Below, in pieces: positions 1-12,742 of a stretch of DNA of 64,000 bases. Location: contig CDMY01000225.1 in assembly GCA_001179505.1 (NCBI GenBank), positions 62,001 through 126,000 on the forward strand, in the 5' to 3' direction. Within the stretch, counting starts at the first letter, position 1, and each line of letters opens with the position of its first letter. The position numbers and the translations under genes were made by a program. A model generated the notes under the pieces. It was not told the origin of the DNA. It saw only the letters and a list, made by a program, of their open reading frames with translations, and searched no databases. Origin of the DNA: Vitrella brassicaformis CCMP3155 (Eukaryota > Protista > Chromerida).

Positions 1-1755
1 ACGGCGCGAGCCCCCTGTCCTCGAGCACCTCGTCGAAGCGGTAGTGCAGGTGGCCCTCCGACCCATCGGCACTCGCCCACACAACCTACACATACACATG
101 ATCGCAGAAAGGTGTGGAAAGCTGATGTGGTGCTGGTGCCTCTCTCTCTCGCTCTTACTTGGTCTAGCACGACCATTCGCTTCACGGCAGTGTGCAGTGC
201 GGTGGTGAAGTGTGTCAGCTGACCCCAAAAGGCCGTCAGCTGACCGCTCACAGAAGCGTTCAGAATCGGCTGCATCAAACAACGCATCAACCAAACAGAT
301 TAACTAACACGTTGTGTGTTGTGTGTTATGGGTTTGGCAGCATACCTTGACGTTGAAGTTGTCGTCTACCTCTGCCACCTGCTCAGCGAGAGCCCCCTCG
401 AGCTGCTCACCGAGGCAATTCAGGTTGTAAAACACTTGACACGCCACGTTCAGATCCAACTTGCTCTGGACACGGCACACACATAGCGGAAGCTCTGTGT
501 GTGAGTGAGTTGGGGGGAGGGGGGTGAGGGCAGCTGGTACCTGGTTGCGCATGCCTGTTCTGAGTCTGGTCCTGGCCTGGTCGCGTATCTCTTTAGACAG
601 GTCCCGCACCCACTGCGCCTCGGCGGACAGTGTGCTCAGCAGCGATGCATTTGGAACACCTGAGAGAGAAACACACGAGTCCACACGCGCTCATAGCAGC
701 TGACGCATCTCGTTTCTTGCATCATAGCACAGATCCACGTACCTCCCTCTGGAAGGCCGCCTGCTCCTCTGCCAGCGTTGAGAAGGCCCTCCATCTGAGC
801 GACCATTGGAAGGGGCACATGCGTATGTACGCGCACTGACAGGCAAGTGTTCGTCTGTCTTCCACAGGTCACCTCGAAGAGTGTCTGCGCCGCTTTTGCG
901 ATGTCGGGTGTGTGTGGGTCCATCTGTGCCCTCAGCTTCTTCACGCTCAGGTTGAAGCGCAACACGCTGCGGATCAGGTCGCTGGCAGCATACAACCTGA
1001 CTCGACACACCCACATCAAGCAGTTGCGTGCATCTGTCTGTCTGCAAGCCATTTACATTCACACACCTTTCGAGAGTCTCCACTTGCTGCTTCATGACTT
1101 TGAAAGGGTCGAGGGTCTCCTTTTCCACTCTGTGTGGAGTGCACAAAGCACACACACAAAGAGAGACCCATCCATCCATCCATCCATCCATCTCTGTCTC
1201 TCTCGCACTGTCCGGCACGCACCGCATGAGTGTGTCCTTGATGGTGTCGACGCTCTGCCGCACTGCCCCCAGCTCCCGGTCCAGGTCATCTATCGAACTC
1301 ACATTCTGCAACAGATGCTCGTGGCACGCAACCACCTACACACACACACACACAACACCCATTTGTGTGAAGAACATGCACCAACCAGGGACTTCCCTCG
1401 TCAGCTCACTCACCTCGGAGTGCAGTTCAGAGTCGATTCTGTTGACGGCCTTCTCGAGCAGCTGTGCGGCCCTGAGGACGTGGTCGGGCCCCCTCTCTGC
1501 CGCCGCCCTCACGTAGGGCACCACATCCTCCGTCTCCTCAAACAGCGCCGACAGCTCGGGGTCGATGCGCTCGCGAAGCACAGCTGATAGACACACCGCA
1601 CAAATCCACACACACAGATGTTCGTGCGCATGAACGTGTCCGCGAAGTGCGTCTATGCCTTTGATCTGGCCGGATGCCTGGTTGTTCTGATTGAGCGGGC
1701 TGCTCTGCGACAGCCGGTGACCGACAGGCGAATTCCCACGTGAATTCCCAGACAT
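1..1755 (-). CDS. COG5: Conserved oligomeric Golgi complex subunit 5 (multi-exon; 3' part runs off the window)
   Basis: Spliced translation RIDSELHSEVVACHEHLLQNVSSIDDL...LYAASDLIRSVLRFNLSVKKLRAQMDPHTPDIAKAAQTLFEV...DLNVACQVFYNL matches the COG5 N-terminal pattern (LDKELHxQV..HEDLL; EITKAAQSL; ALQVFYNL). First ATG is at 1755. Confidence 0.85.
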
Positions 1756-1918
1756 CTCGTGATCTGCGGACGGCAATGACGCAAGGCAGCAAGATTTTTA
1801 CATAAGCATGTGCAGCGGTCGATTCGGTGTGCTGCTTCATGGTCCTTCTTACCTTTGGGAAGCGTTCCGCTTCTCGACGCGACGTGCAGATCTGCGCAAG
1901 CTTGGCTCGCAAACGCCA

Positions 1919-3237
1919 ATGCGCTTCCTCGCCTTCGCCGCTCCCCTGCTCGCCCGTCCATCAGTGCGGTTTATGTCCATGTCAACAAAGAGCGCCCCGC
2001 CACTCATCTCGACTCATGACCTGGCAGCCCGCCTGGGCGTCACGCAGGGCAGCAGCACTGTGCCGGCTTCTCTCCCCGCCAATCTGAAGCTGTTCGACTG
2101 CAGCTGGCTGAAGCTGCCGGTGTTTGGCGGCCGCGACGCTTACAAAGAGTTCGTTGCGCAGAGTAAGTGGGCACACAGACAGGCAGATCTGCACAGGGGA
2201 GCATCATAGATGGCTGGATGGATGGATGGATGTCTGTGTGCGTTGCATGGCATCAGGGATCCCCGGCGCGATGTTTGTGGACATTGACGAGGTGGCCGAC
2301 CAGTCATCGCCTTACCCCCATATGCTGCCCTCCCCCATGGAGTTCTCTGAGCACACGAGCCGACTTGGGGTGCAGAGCGGCGACTATGTGGTGTGCTACG
2401 ACTCGATCGGCATCTTCTCGGCGCCCCGCTTGTGGTGGATGTTCCACTTCTTTGGCCTGCCGAATGTCAGCGTCCTCGATGGAGGTGCTGTGCGATGGAA
2501 GACAGACAGGAGATGCACGTCATCATGCCCTCTCTTTGTGTGTGTGTCTTTGGGTGGTGTGTGTCAGGTCTGAAGAAGTGGCTGAGTGACGGCTACCCCA
2601 CGGACGACAGCCCTCCTGCCCCGTTGCCCTCCCCCGCCCCGCCCCTGCCCATCAGCACACAGGCGCACATGCTGCGCAGCTATGAGGACATCAACGCCAA
2701 CATCGATAATTACAACAAGGGCATGACATCAGGGGTTGAGCAGATGCTTGACGCACGCCCACTCAACCGCTTCGAGGGCAAGGAGCCTGAGCCAAGACCG
2801 AACCTGCCATCGGGTCTGCAGTGAAGACACTCGCACTTCGTTCCCCTCCATGCTTTGATGGATGGATGTGGTGTCTGTGTGTGTAACCAAGGTCACATGC
2901 CGCACTCCAAGTCACTGTTTTTCGGCGATTTGGTGACCCCCGAGGGGCCATACAAGGACAAGCAGGCCCTCATGGACGCTTTCAATATCACAAACGTCGA
3001 CCTCGACAAACCTATCGTACGCCAATCAACCGCCAAGACGGCGCGCAAAGCACCGCGCTGTGTGTGTGTGTGTGTGTGTGTGTGCAGGTGTGTTCGTGCG
3101 GTTCGGGTGTGAGCGCCGCCATCATAGCTCTCGCGTTGGAGCTGGTGGGCAAGCGTGAGGGGGTGGCTGTTTACGACGGCTCGTGGACAGAGTGGAAAAT
3201 GAGACAGATGGACGAGGAGAAGGCGGCGACCAAGTGA
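1919..3237 (+). CDS. MPST: 3-mercaptopyruvate/thiosulfate sulfurtransferase (two rhodanese domains) with probable mitochondrial presequence
   Basis: GIPGAMFVDIDEVAD..PYPHMLPS, VVCYDSIGIFSAPRLWWMF, LDARPLNRFEGKEPEPRPNLPSGHMPHS, active-site CGSGVSA and C-terminal VYDGSWTEW. Stop TGA at 3235-3237. Confidence 0.95.
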
Positions 3238-3795
3238 CGAATGAATGCTGTGACAGAGTAGACTCTTTTTCAGTGCCCGTCCTGATGTCGCGGATGGCTA
3301 TTTTTCTTTTTGCGTACCTGCGGCTCGATTTGTTTTGTTGTTTGCATTGTGTATCCCTCGCGATATAGCGAATACATGGGTGGCTGCTGACGGATTTTAT
3401 GTCTGAAGGTGTGTCCGACCGTCCGTCCTTACATCAAGGCTACTCACCCGCTAAACGACATGCAACACCATCACACGTCACACGAGGAAAAATGGGCCAC
3501 TCGGACGAGAAATGACCCTCTCTTGCCGCGTCAATGCGGCTGTATTCACACACACGCTCACCAACGCTCAATACGTATACACACACAGAAGTGCTCGAAA
3601 ATTGGCTCTCCGACGATTCAAACGACTGGAAAACTGATACACTCATGTACCACTCACATGCTGAATCAGCTAGGTAGTCGACGCACGGACCACCATCTCC
3701 ACAGAAAATTTGCCCCGCTGGCCGTGGAAAAACGACGAGAGTGAAAAACACACACCGCCCCACGAGTGTCATCTGTTTGTGAGTGAGTGGTATGG

Positions 3796-4306
3796 TCAAA
3801 TGATTGCGAGCAGTTTGTACTCGATGTATCTCGTGTCCTGGGACAGCTCATTTAGCTCCGGCGGCACAATCAGGCGGCGTATCTCCCCCACCCGCATCGA
3901 CAACAATGCCTCCCGACGCCACTTGGAGTGAACCTGCACACAGGCACAGACGTGCTCGCCTTTGTGCATATGTCTGTGTGTGCGTGTGCTGACCTCACTG
4001 ATAGCGGCCACCACGCCCTTGAGCTCTGGCTGCTTGAGCTTGCCGCCGAAGGCATCCAACGACTTGAAGTCATACTTGACGCGGTGGTGGTGTTGTGGCT
4101 GCGGCCCGTTGCCCTCGCGCAGCACCTGATACGACACGCCCAGGGGGCTGCGGCGCAGTGAGGGGACGGCCTTCTCGGAGCTCTCGCTGTCTTGCTCACT
4201 GCCCGATGTGCTGAGTGGCACAAGGGAAAGGAACACATGACTGTTGATGATATGTTTTAAGTGAAATTGAAGCATACCTGCAGCTGTTCGCCTGATTGCG
4301 GTCCAT
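3796..4306 (-). CDS. Stand-alone degenerate FKBP-like protein (~130 aa, 3 exons)
   Basis: SPLGVSYQVLREGNGPQP...VKYDF...REALLSMRVGEIRRLIVPPEL...IEYKLLAI keeps the FKBP scaffold but lacks the FDSS, GWDEG and AYG..IPPN motifs. Inferred first exon is MDRNQANSC from ATG 4306. Confidence 0.7.
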
Positions 4307-4672
4307 AGCACCCGCCAAAGACGGGAGATGACGCCGCGAGACCTGGAAGTCATCGGCGAGCTTTTGATTCGATCGGGATTGGAGGGGAGAAAGAGGCGGA
4401 AAGAGCCTTTCCCAGCTTCTTGCGGCAAGCACCAGCGCACAGAGTGCAGGGATCTATCGTTTTAGAGCCAAACAACTCATCACCAAGGGCGAAGAAGCCT
4501 CCCTCGACAACAACTGCTCGTCACTGCGCGAAGGTCTCTCTCCGGTTCGTGGGGCACGAGAAGAGGGCACGACAGCTCCCAATAGGGCGCATCGCTACCA
4601 AGTGACCTCATCGAGCTGCGAGGCCGGACACAAAACGTCATCGACAAGACACGCCGTCGCTACAAGGAAGGG

Positions 4673-5754
4673 ATGGCGGCTCTCTATCTTGCGATACTGG
4701 CGTTGGCCCCTCATGGTATCAGCGGCTTCCAGGTACTTCAAGTGCCCACCGCGGCTCACACGAGCCGCACACAGCTGCTGAGATCACGGAGGAGACCATC
4801 TCGTAAGAATGGGGCTGAGGATGATGGATGGATGGATGTATGAGGGATGCCTGACGAGTTCCACGTGGCTGTGTTGGTGCAGGTGTGGCTTTGGCGATGT
4901 CCGGGACGGACAGAGCGGTAGGCCTCCTGCATGGCTGCGCCGTGTACTTCGACACTGCCGACGGCTATCAAGTCGACGTGGACGGCAAGCGGCGACCTTT
5001 CCCCCAGAAATGCTGGCAACACATCGGTAGGTTTGGCGACGTCAACATCGAAGCGGGCCTGCCGCAAATCAGGTGCACACACACACCAGGAGGATCTAGG
5101 TCGATTCCGTACCCAACAACCCTCATTGCTGCGTGTGAATCGTTGGTGCATCAGCGCGAGCGCACACGTGAGGTATCCCGCAAGAGCTGCAGCTGTGGGT
5201 CTTTTCCGGGGCAGCCCCGCCCACATCGATCAGACAGGAGGCTTCATTGTCAATGTGGGCGGCGAGTGGCGGCCCATTCGTAAAGAGGATTGGAAAGAAG
5301 TCATGGTCTTGACCGATATCGACATCCCCAAGATGCGCAGAGAGATGTAACTATGCATACAGACACATGGCAACAACAGATCGCTGCCTGCTGCTGCATT
5401 TGTTTCAGTGTTGGGGATGGAGGGGTGAATTCGACATTTTACGACGACAGCACCTTCACCCGGCATGGGAACTGCATGTATCAGGTCGTCAGACGCGGCA
5501 CTGGCGCGTGTCCGACATCCGGCGACACTGTCAAGTACAAAATAAAGAGGTGGGGCCACGGGTTCCCAGGCGAAAGAAACAGCGAATTCAGGGAGGAAGA
5601 CGACAGGACGCTCGAGGACTGCCAACGGTCCCCGAAGGGTTTTGAGCACGCCATGCTTTGGTCCATGAGGGTCGGCGAAGTCAGGCCCGTAATCAGCAAT
5701 GAATGTGTGAGAAGTGAATGGTATTTCGAAATTGAACTGCTTGACATAGAGTGA
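4673..5754 (+). CDS. Putative plastid-targeted protein with two short beta-rich modules and a C-terminal degenerate FKBP-like domain
   Basis: Exon 1 MAALYLAILALAPHGISG-FQVLQVPTAAHTSRTQLLRSRRRPS looks like a signal peptide, Phe+1 and a Ser/Arg-rich transit peptide. The last exon reads CMYQVVRRGTGACPTSGDTVKY...MLWSMRVGEVR...WYFEIELLDIE. Confidence 0.7.
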
Positions 5755-5866
5755 GTATCTGAAGTAGAGACGCTGCGCTCCAATGGACAGACAATGATGA
5801 CGATAGATATTCCTGTGCCAAGCGCAGAACACGCTACTGCTGAAGGTTTGTTTGAGGTGTGTTGAG

Positions 5867-7353
5867 CTATTGAGTGAGCATCTTGTGTCTGATCAGGATG
5901 GTCCTCCTGTCATTATCGACAGCCGACATCTCACTAGTATTGCTATTCACCACATCATCACCGCCACCACCACTACTACTCTCTAGAAAAGGCGCTAGCT
6001 GGTTCAGCCACACGTACGATACAAGGCACGTCAATCCCACCCCCAGTATATCCATCAGCACCTGTATACACGCGCTGGCATGGGCAGGGTCCACCCCGCA
6101 CGCCCGCAGCACCAAAGGCAGCAGCGTCCCCAACAAAGCACTGGTCAGGACGATCACGAACATGCTGGTACAAATGGCCATCGACTCGATGAGAGTGATG
6201 TCAAATAGGAACACCCGTATAAACGACGCCAGGAACAGGCAAGTGGCCAGCTGCACGCCGGTCCACAATTGCGATAGAAGGAAGCGCCATAGGCCCTTGT
6301 CGGTCGGAATCTTGCCGACAGCGATGCCGCGGATGACCAGGACGGCACTCTGGCCGCCCGTGTTGCCGCCAGCACCCACAAGCTGACAGCAGAAACCAGA
6401 CGCACGTTGTGCGTGTTTGTGTCTATCCGTGTGAGCGTGTGAATGTGGGTATTACCATTGTGAGGAAGTAGACGACGACGGGGTGCTGTTGTATGAGGGC
6501 ATCGAATCGCTTGAGGATGAAGCTACTGGTCGACTGCAGCAGCAACAAACCCACCAGCCAACACACACGGTGCCTGACGCCACAGCAGACAGACAGACAG
6601 ACAAGACACACGTACACCCACTGCTGCCGCACAGAGATGTATGGTCGTGCTGCCTGCCCATCCACACCAGAATATGTCCAGCGAGTCGGTCATATGCGTG
6701 GGAGTGGAGGGGGGAGGCGGACAGTGGGAACCGCACCTGAGCGAGAAAGAGCATCACAGACACACGCATTGACCAACGGACACGACAGCATGCTCATCCT
6801 GACAGGGTGCGACGTACCTCCTGTCGTGCGATATTGCGGTACCGTCCACGTTGCCCATATCGCCCATCTCACGGCCGTCGACGCCGCCCTGCCGCTGCCG
6901 CTCCAGAAGGCGAACAACCTGAGAACCCGCAGAGATTGCGAAGACGGGAAACTATGTAGGCGTGTGTCTGTGTGTGTGTGTGGTTGGCTGACCTCCTGCA
7001 GCCTTCTAATCTCTGCTCTATGCCTTGAAATCTCCTCTTCGTGCTGCAGCGATAGGGAGAAGGGGCTCTCGATGTCATTCCCCAGCACCTGAAACGCACA
7101 CAGCAGGTGAGAAAAGGTGAGCATGTGCCTGTGCATCGTCTCTCACCTCCCCGTTGGCGTCACAGCAGCTCCCGTTGCTTTCATTCTCAGCGAAGGATGT
7201 CAGTGGGTAGGTCTCCTGGACGAGCTCGCTGCTGCTGCTGCTGGCATCTGATACGTTGTGGTGTCTACGCATAGCGGAGGGGGGAAACAGCGGCATCCAA
7301 TTTGGCGGACCACGCGATCTGCGAGCCAAAAGCTGGGGGCCGCCCCCAGCCAT
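5867..7353 (-). CDS. mgtE: MgtE/SLC41-type magnesium transporter (membrane domain only, no CBS)
   Basis: FWHRVCWLVGLLLLQSTSSFILKRF, YFLTMLVGAGGNTGGQSAVLVIRG, GTLLPLVL..GVDPAHASACIQVLMDILG. The start codon is uncertain (candidate ATGs 7272-7377). Confidence 0.85.
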
Positions 7354-7375
7354 GTTTCCCCCTTCACCCCCGACC

Positions 7376-10300
7376 ATGGATATCATCAGTGGGAAGAAGC
7401 ATGGTGTCAAGAGGCCGCACATGCGGCTGAAAGTGCAGTGCAAAAGCAAGTGCTTCGACATCTACGTTGGCCACGGTGACAAAGGAGCAAACGCCGAGAT
7501 GCGCGGATGTTCGCGTGTCTGCAGGTGACCAGCATGTGCGTTGGCTGGGTCTGGTGACAGCCCTCGAGTATCAGAAGGCCGTCTACCCGCACCCGCTGCT
7601 CCTGCCCAAACGAGTCACCACAAAGGTGAACACACATACATGCTTCCCCTTGTTTGTGTGTGTCTCCCCGCATTTGTGTATGCATTGACAGGATGGGAAG
7701 CTTTTGCGTCCCCGGACAGTGCTGAACAGCGTGTTTGCCGACGGCGACACGGTCATTGTGGAGCTCAGGGACGGCGTGGGCGATGGCTATGGCGCCGGCC
7801 GCCCGCCGTTGTCGGTGCAGGGTCCGCCGAGCGGGGATGACGATGATGAGGAGGAGGCGGCCCAGTGGATGGACGACTCGTATGGCGCCGACAGCCACCT
7901 CATGGAGGCTACCATCAAGTATGGATGGACTGATGCTTGCTGATGGGGGGACGTGTGTGTGCGCACGCAGGTGGGATGTGGATCAGAGCAACTCCGCCAG
8001 CATCCCTGTCAAAGTGGTCGGCGAGTACACCGTCAGCAACAAGGTGAGACGACAGACGTACATTTCATACCATCTGAGCAGCGTAGTTTGCGTGTGTGGC
8101 ATTCGATGTCAGTGGGATGACATCTATCCGCAGTCAGTGTATGGTGGCCCCTTCGAGCTGCCCCTCGAGCCGATAGAGATCAATGAAGGCCAGTTCGAAT
8201 GGATCGCTGTGCGGGTGGGCTTAGGGAGACTCACACATAAGAATACAGTGCGACATGGGGATTGCTTTCTGTGTGCAGAAGTCCGTGCCAGGCTCATGCA
8301 CCTTCAAATTTGTGATGGAGGTGAATGGCCGCAGACACCCACAAACAACATGCGTGTGTGAATGGATCCATGCATACACACAGGATGGGAAGGAGTCGCT
8401 GTCGGAGAGCTTGCCCAAGACGAGGTCGGCGGCCTACAACACCCTCGAATTCACATGGGACTGCCCCATACACAAAGACCCAACAGGCAGGCTCTCTCTC
8501 TCACGCACACACACACTCTGTTTGGGTATGCATCCCCCTCTCTCCCTCTTTCGCCGCTCTGTCAGCTGTTTGTGTCCCAGACACAGCAGAGGAAGCCGCA
8601 GACGAGGCCCTGGAAGACGGTACATGACCTCACACCGTGTCCCACAGACGGCCAGCACACATACACAGCTTTTGAATGAATGTATGTGTCAGTGGTGGAT
8701 CCTCTCTTGGAGGTCACGTGGCAGAATATGCGGCTGTCGTGGCTGCCGCCCGACAGCCGCGAGTGCCTATCAGACGTCGTGAGGGAGTTCTTCGCCGTCA
8801 TCAGGGGGCTTTTCGACACATGCACGCTGCTGGTGCGTGCAGATTCAAATACTCGCACAAAAGATACGGATGCATTTGCGTGCATTTTGTGTATGTGCTG
8901 TTCGGCCAGTCGCCTGAGCTGTCCGATGAGCAGGTGCCGTCCATGTGTGTGGGCGACCTTGCGCATCTGCTGAAGCGAGCCCACTTGCTGCCGATGAAGC
9001 TCTCACTCAACCACCTGATGATGTTCTACAGAGACACCAGCAGCGCTGGTGAAAGGGGGCAGGTGACCTGAGACGAGACGACGCTCGTGTGTGTGCCCAC
9101 ACATCCGTGCAGGGTTTGGTGTGTGCGTGTGTCGTGTGTGTGTCTGTAGGATGCTCTGCCAGATGTGGGCAGTAGCAGTGCGTCGATTGTGTTGTCACAG
9201 CCGGTCGACCTGCCCCTCTTCATCGTGAGCTGAGAGGGAGACACACACCACACACGCCGAATGGATGCTTATCATTGGATGTGTCTCCATCTTTCCTCTG
9301 TTTCGTCGATTGGCCAGGATTTGCTGGTCCGTGTGTCGTGTGTGGTGCCGATGTCGGTGCCCCTCGCGGATGATGCCAAGCCGCAGACTGACGAAATATT
9401 CTTCCAATTCTGTGGCAGTGAGTGCGTCTTACTTCTATGCACAAAGCCCTCTGTTTGTGTGTGTGTGTGTGTGTGTCAGGTTGCCTGGTGCCCGCGTGTG
9501 AGGCGATATGTGCTGACGCCCTGGAGACGCAGGCAGACCTGCCACACCCAAATCTTCCTGAGGGCCTCGCATTCATCAAGGCATGCACACGCAGAGACAC
9601 ATTAGGGACACACTCACACACACGCGCCTGGGTGCTGGTGTGGTTTGGTATGCAGGAGCAAGCAGGTTCATTTCGCTCTCTGTTTTCCCTCCTGGCGGAG
9701 CCGTGTGACATCGGCGGCGATGAGACAGGTCCCTGCACACACACACGCATTCACAAGGCCGCACACAAAGCCAGTCTGTGAGTGCATCTGTCTGATGTTT
9801 CCATCATCGTCAGTTGCCTTGGTGCGTGTCGCGTCGGTCGATTCGCTGCTGTCTCGCGGGGCTGAGCTCATCAACCAGTCGTTCGCCAGACAGAAGACAA
9901 AAAACGACGGTCGGCCGACACAGACGCACACAGAGAAGAGGACAGATGCATCCTCACGTGTGTGCAGGCACGTCCAGCAGCGAGCAGCCGAGCAGCTCCC
10001 GCACAGAACACCAGCAGAATGCCCAAGCACAGGGCGAACAACAAACACAGCAGCAGCAACAGCAACAGCCACAGCCACAACAGCAGCCGCAGATCACCGA
10101 CGGCACCCAACAGCCAGGTACACACACCACCCATATACACGCACACAACCAGCCGTGTCTCTCTACCTTCCTGTCTATCTTTCCCGCCCTACCTGGCTGT
10201 AGAGGAGGGCAAACAGCAGCAGCAGCAGCCGCCGCCAGGGATGGAGGCCATTGTGCCGCAGCACACGCAGAGCGACGACCTCAGCGTCAACGAGGACAGA

Positions 10301-10752
10301 TTCATGACCGAACAAGAGGTAGGTACTGCTGGAGGTCAGGCACTTGACTCACATGAATTGGACACACACCTCTGCACGAGTACGTGTGTGTGTCAGTTGT
10401 CCGAGTGTCTGTCGTCGGCTGACTTGGACCGCCTCAGGGGCGAACTTGACAACCAAGTCCGAACGGTCAGCACACAGATACGGCCAGACACACTCAAAGA
10501 CACGTTCAGCGCCGGTTTTTGCCATCGTGTGTGCTGCAGCTGGGCCCCGCCGTGCCGTCGTGTTTGTTGTGTTGGGAGTTGGTTCAGCTGTGTGTGCGGC
10601 TGGGGTGTGCTCTGCACCCCATCCAGACGGAGATCGTCCAGTGGGAGACGCGTGTGGAGCCCCTGCTGCACACACTCATGACGCTCACCAGACGCATACA
10701 GATCGCCAACACCACCACCACAGCCGTGGCCAACATACAGCCCGCAGCATAG
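7376..10752 (+). CDS. Uncharacterised multi-exon protein with a Par3/HAL-N-like ubiquitin-fold N-terminus and an E-set/AMPK-CBM-like domain
   Basis: MRLKVQCKSKCFDIYVGHG..QHVRWLGLVTALEY..GKLLRPRTVLNSVFADGDTVIVEL resembles the HAL/Par3 N-terminus. IPVKVVGEY..W..FELPL..VPGSCTFKFVMEDGK resembles CBM48/AMPK1_CBM. Downstream exons were joined by eye and are less certain. Confidence 0.55.
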
Positions 10753-10997
10753 GGCGGGGCAATGTTGATGTGTCTGATGTCTGATGTATTTGTTGATGTG
10801 CATATTGATGTGTGGGGGGAACTTTGCTGACAGGGTGTTCGTCTGATTGCATATGCGTTCATCGTTTTCGACTTGAGTGATCGATGACCGTCTCACATCA
10901 CGAGCAAAGCACACATCTTTCATCGCTCCTATAAAGCTCGTCCGAGAAGCACGTCAATGCATCAATCAGCCACACAGCCAATGTGTGCTCGGCCCAT

Positions 10998-12608
10998 CTA
11001 CCCCAGCTTCGCCTTGGCAATCGACCACACAAGCGTGCCAAATATGGCGATGACAGAGCCTATCGCACCCAGGGGCGTGATGGGGTTGCGGAACACTATC
11101 ACGGTCGTCACTATCACCACCACACGCTTCAGCGTGTTGGCCACGGCGTGCGTCAAGGCATGTATACTGATCAATGAACAAGCGCGCACACCAGACAGCC
11201 ACGGACACACGTGAGGATGTGCTTGTGGTTATCCCCACACGGACACGTGTTTATGTGTACCTACCGACTAAGGGCGATGAAAGCGGTCTCGTTGTAAAGG
11301 TAGAAGAACAGGCCGGACCGTGCGGCTGACCAGATGACGGTGTCCCAGCCGTATTCCCGCACACCCTCGGCCCACGCGCCCTCTGGACTTGTCAGCTCGT
11401 GGTAGTCCACCACAAGCGCTATGGGCAGCGACAGGAACTGAACCAACATGGCACATGAGACGAAACGACCCATCTGTGGCTCCATCACAAGTGAATGTTT
11501 TGCTGACCGTGCTGACGATTGTGAGCAGAGAGAATATGTTCCCAGGTGTCATATTCTCCCCCAGAGCCTTCTTGTCCGACATCACACGCTTAGCATACAC
11601 GCCTGAACCACCACCCATTGCCACACACAAACACACGGATGCATCCCTACCGCCCCTGTCAGGCTGTGTCAGTCGTCCTTTGCTCACTCCTGAGAGCCGA
11701 GAAGAGGGCCGAGAAGATGGCGCCCCACAGGCCGATCCACGTGAATGAGAGCTCCTTCAGGGCGGCCAATGCCACACCGAAGATGATGGGAAGCAGGAAC
11801 AGATACGTCCAGATCGAGAACGTCTGCTTCAGCAGAACCATCGACAGTAGAGCGGTGAAGACGGGCTCGTTGGCCTTGACCACGTGGGTGAAACTCACGG
11901 CACCTGCCGCTGCACGGACACACAGACAGACAGACAGACACACATTGCGAGTGTGAAGAGCTCGATCGCCTGCTTCTTTCTGGCCTCTCTCTACGTACCG
12001 AATGAGAGCTGTCCGGTGACGTGGTTGCCAATGTGCATGAGGGCCTGGGGCACAATGGCCACCCAGAAGACCTCCCAGGACATGAGCCTCGGCAGCTTGC
12101 GGATGCCCGTGCCCCACAGCGTGACGAACCACACCCAGCTGACCAGCATCTGGATGGCCGACACTGTACACGGCAGACTCACCTGAATGCAACGAGGGAC
12201 AACGAACCAGCCACCCACGGCATTCAGTTGAGTGATTCATGAGTCATCGACTCACCCATCAGCACTCACCATGTTGAGTGTCCTCTTGTTCTCGACGTTG
12301 GCAATAGTGTTGAAGAAATACCAGCCGCATATCAACAGTGCGGTGTATGCGGTCGACAGCCATCCGGTGGTTGTGTCAATTCCCGCCCTCCCCTTGTTGG
12401 ACAGAAGCAGGATGTTCGTCTGCGATGCCGATGCGGGCGGGAGATCCGCAGTGACGTCATCGCGAGTGCCTGCTCCGCCGAAAGTCCAGTAGATCTGAGC
12501 TGTGTCCTGCCTGCCGACCCTCGCCTGCCTTCCTCCTTGTCCTCCGCCTTGCTTCAGCGGAGTGGCCTCACTCGGCTGCGGTCCTCCACCCTCCGCCGAC
12601 ATGCTCAT
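10998..12608 (-). CDS. Plastidic phosphate translocator (TPT/PPT/APT family)
   Basis: GWYFFNTIANVENKRTLN, GAVSFTHVVKANEPVFTALLS, KELSFTW.GL..A, LFFYLYNE.AF.AL, THAVANTLKRVVVIV...FRNPITPLGAIGSVIAIFG are canonical pPT motifs. Confidence 0.93.
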
Positions 12609-12678
12609 TCACAGTGAATGTGGCACGACGTACTACGTTGACAGACCAAGGCCAGATTTGGGGAGGAAGCCAATCGCG

Positions 12679-12730
12679 CAGATCTGCAGGGTTTGGGTCA
12701 CAGGGTTTGGGTCACAGGGTTTCAGGGTCA
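12679..12730. promoter_or_regulatory. Candidate promoter of the translocator: CAGATCTG palindrome plus three tandem CAGGGTTT (telo-box-like) motifs
   Basis: CAGATCTG at 12679. CAGGGTTT at 12687, 12701 and 12715 (14-bp period), 70-115 bp upstream of ATG 12608. Confidence 0.45.
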
Positions 12731-12742
12731 GGCCAGGTCCCC

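Noticed and set aside
6570-6740. Apparent stop or frameshift in the MgtE gene
   Set aside because: Resolved by a phase-2 donor (TTC TG|gtgtgg), giving ...SLDIFWHRVCWLVGLL in frame.
12687-12730. Short tandem repeats here and at 44001-44042 as CRISPR or telomere arrays
   Set aside because: Only 2-3 units, no unique spacers and no cas genes. The sequence is not a perfect telomeric repeat.
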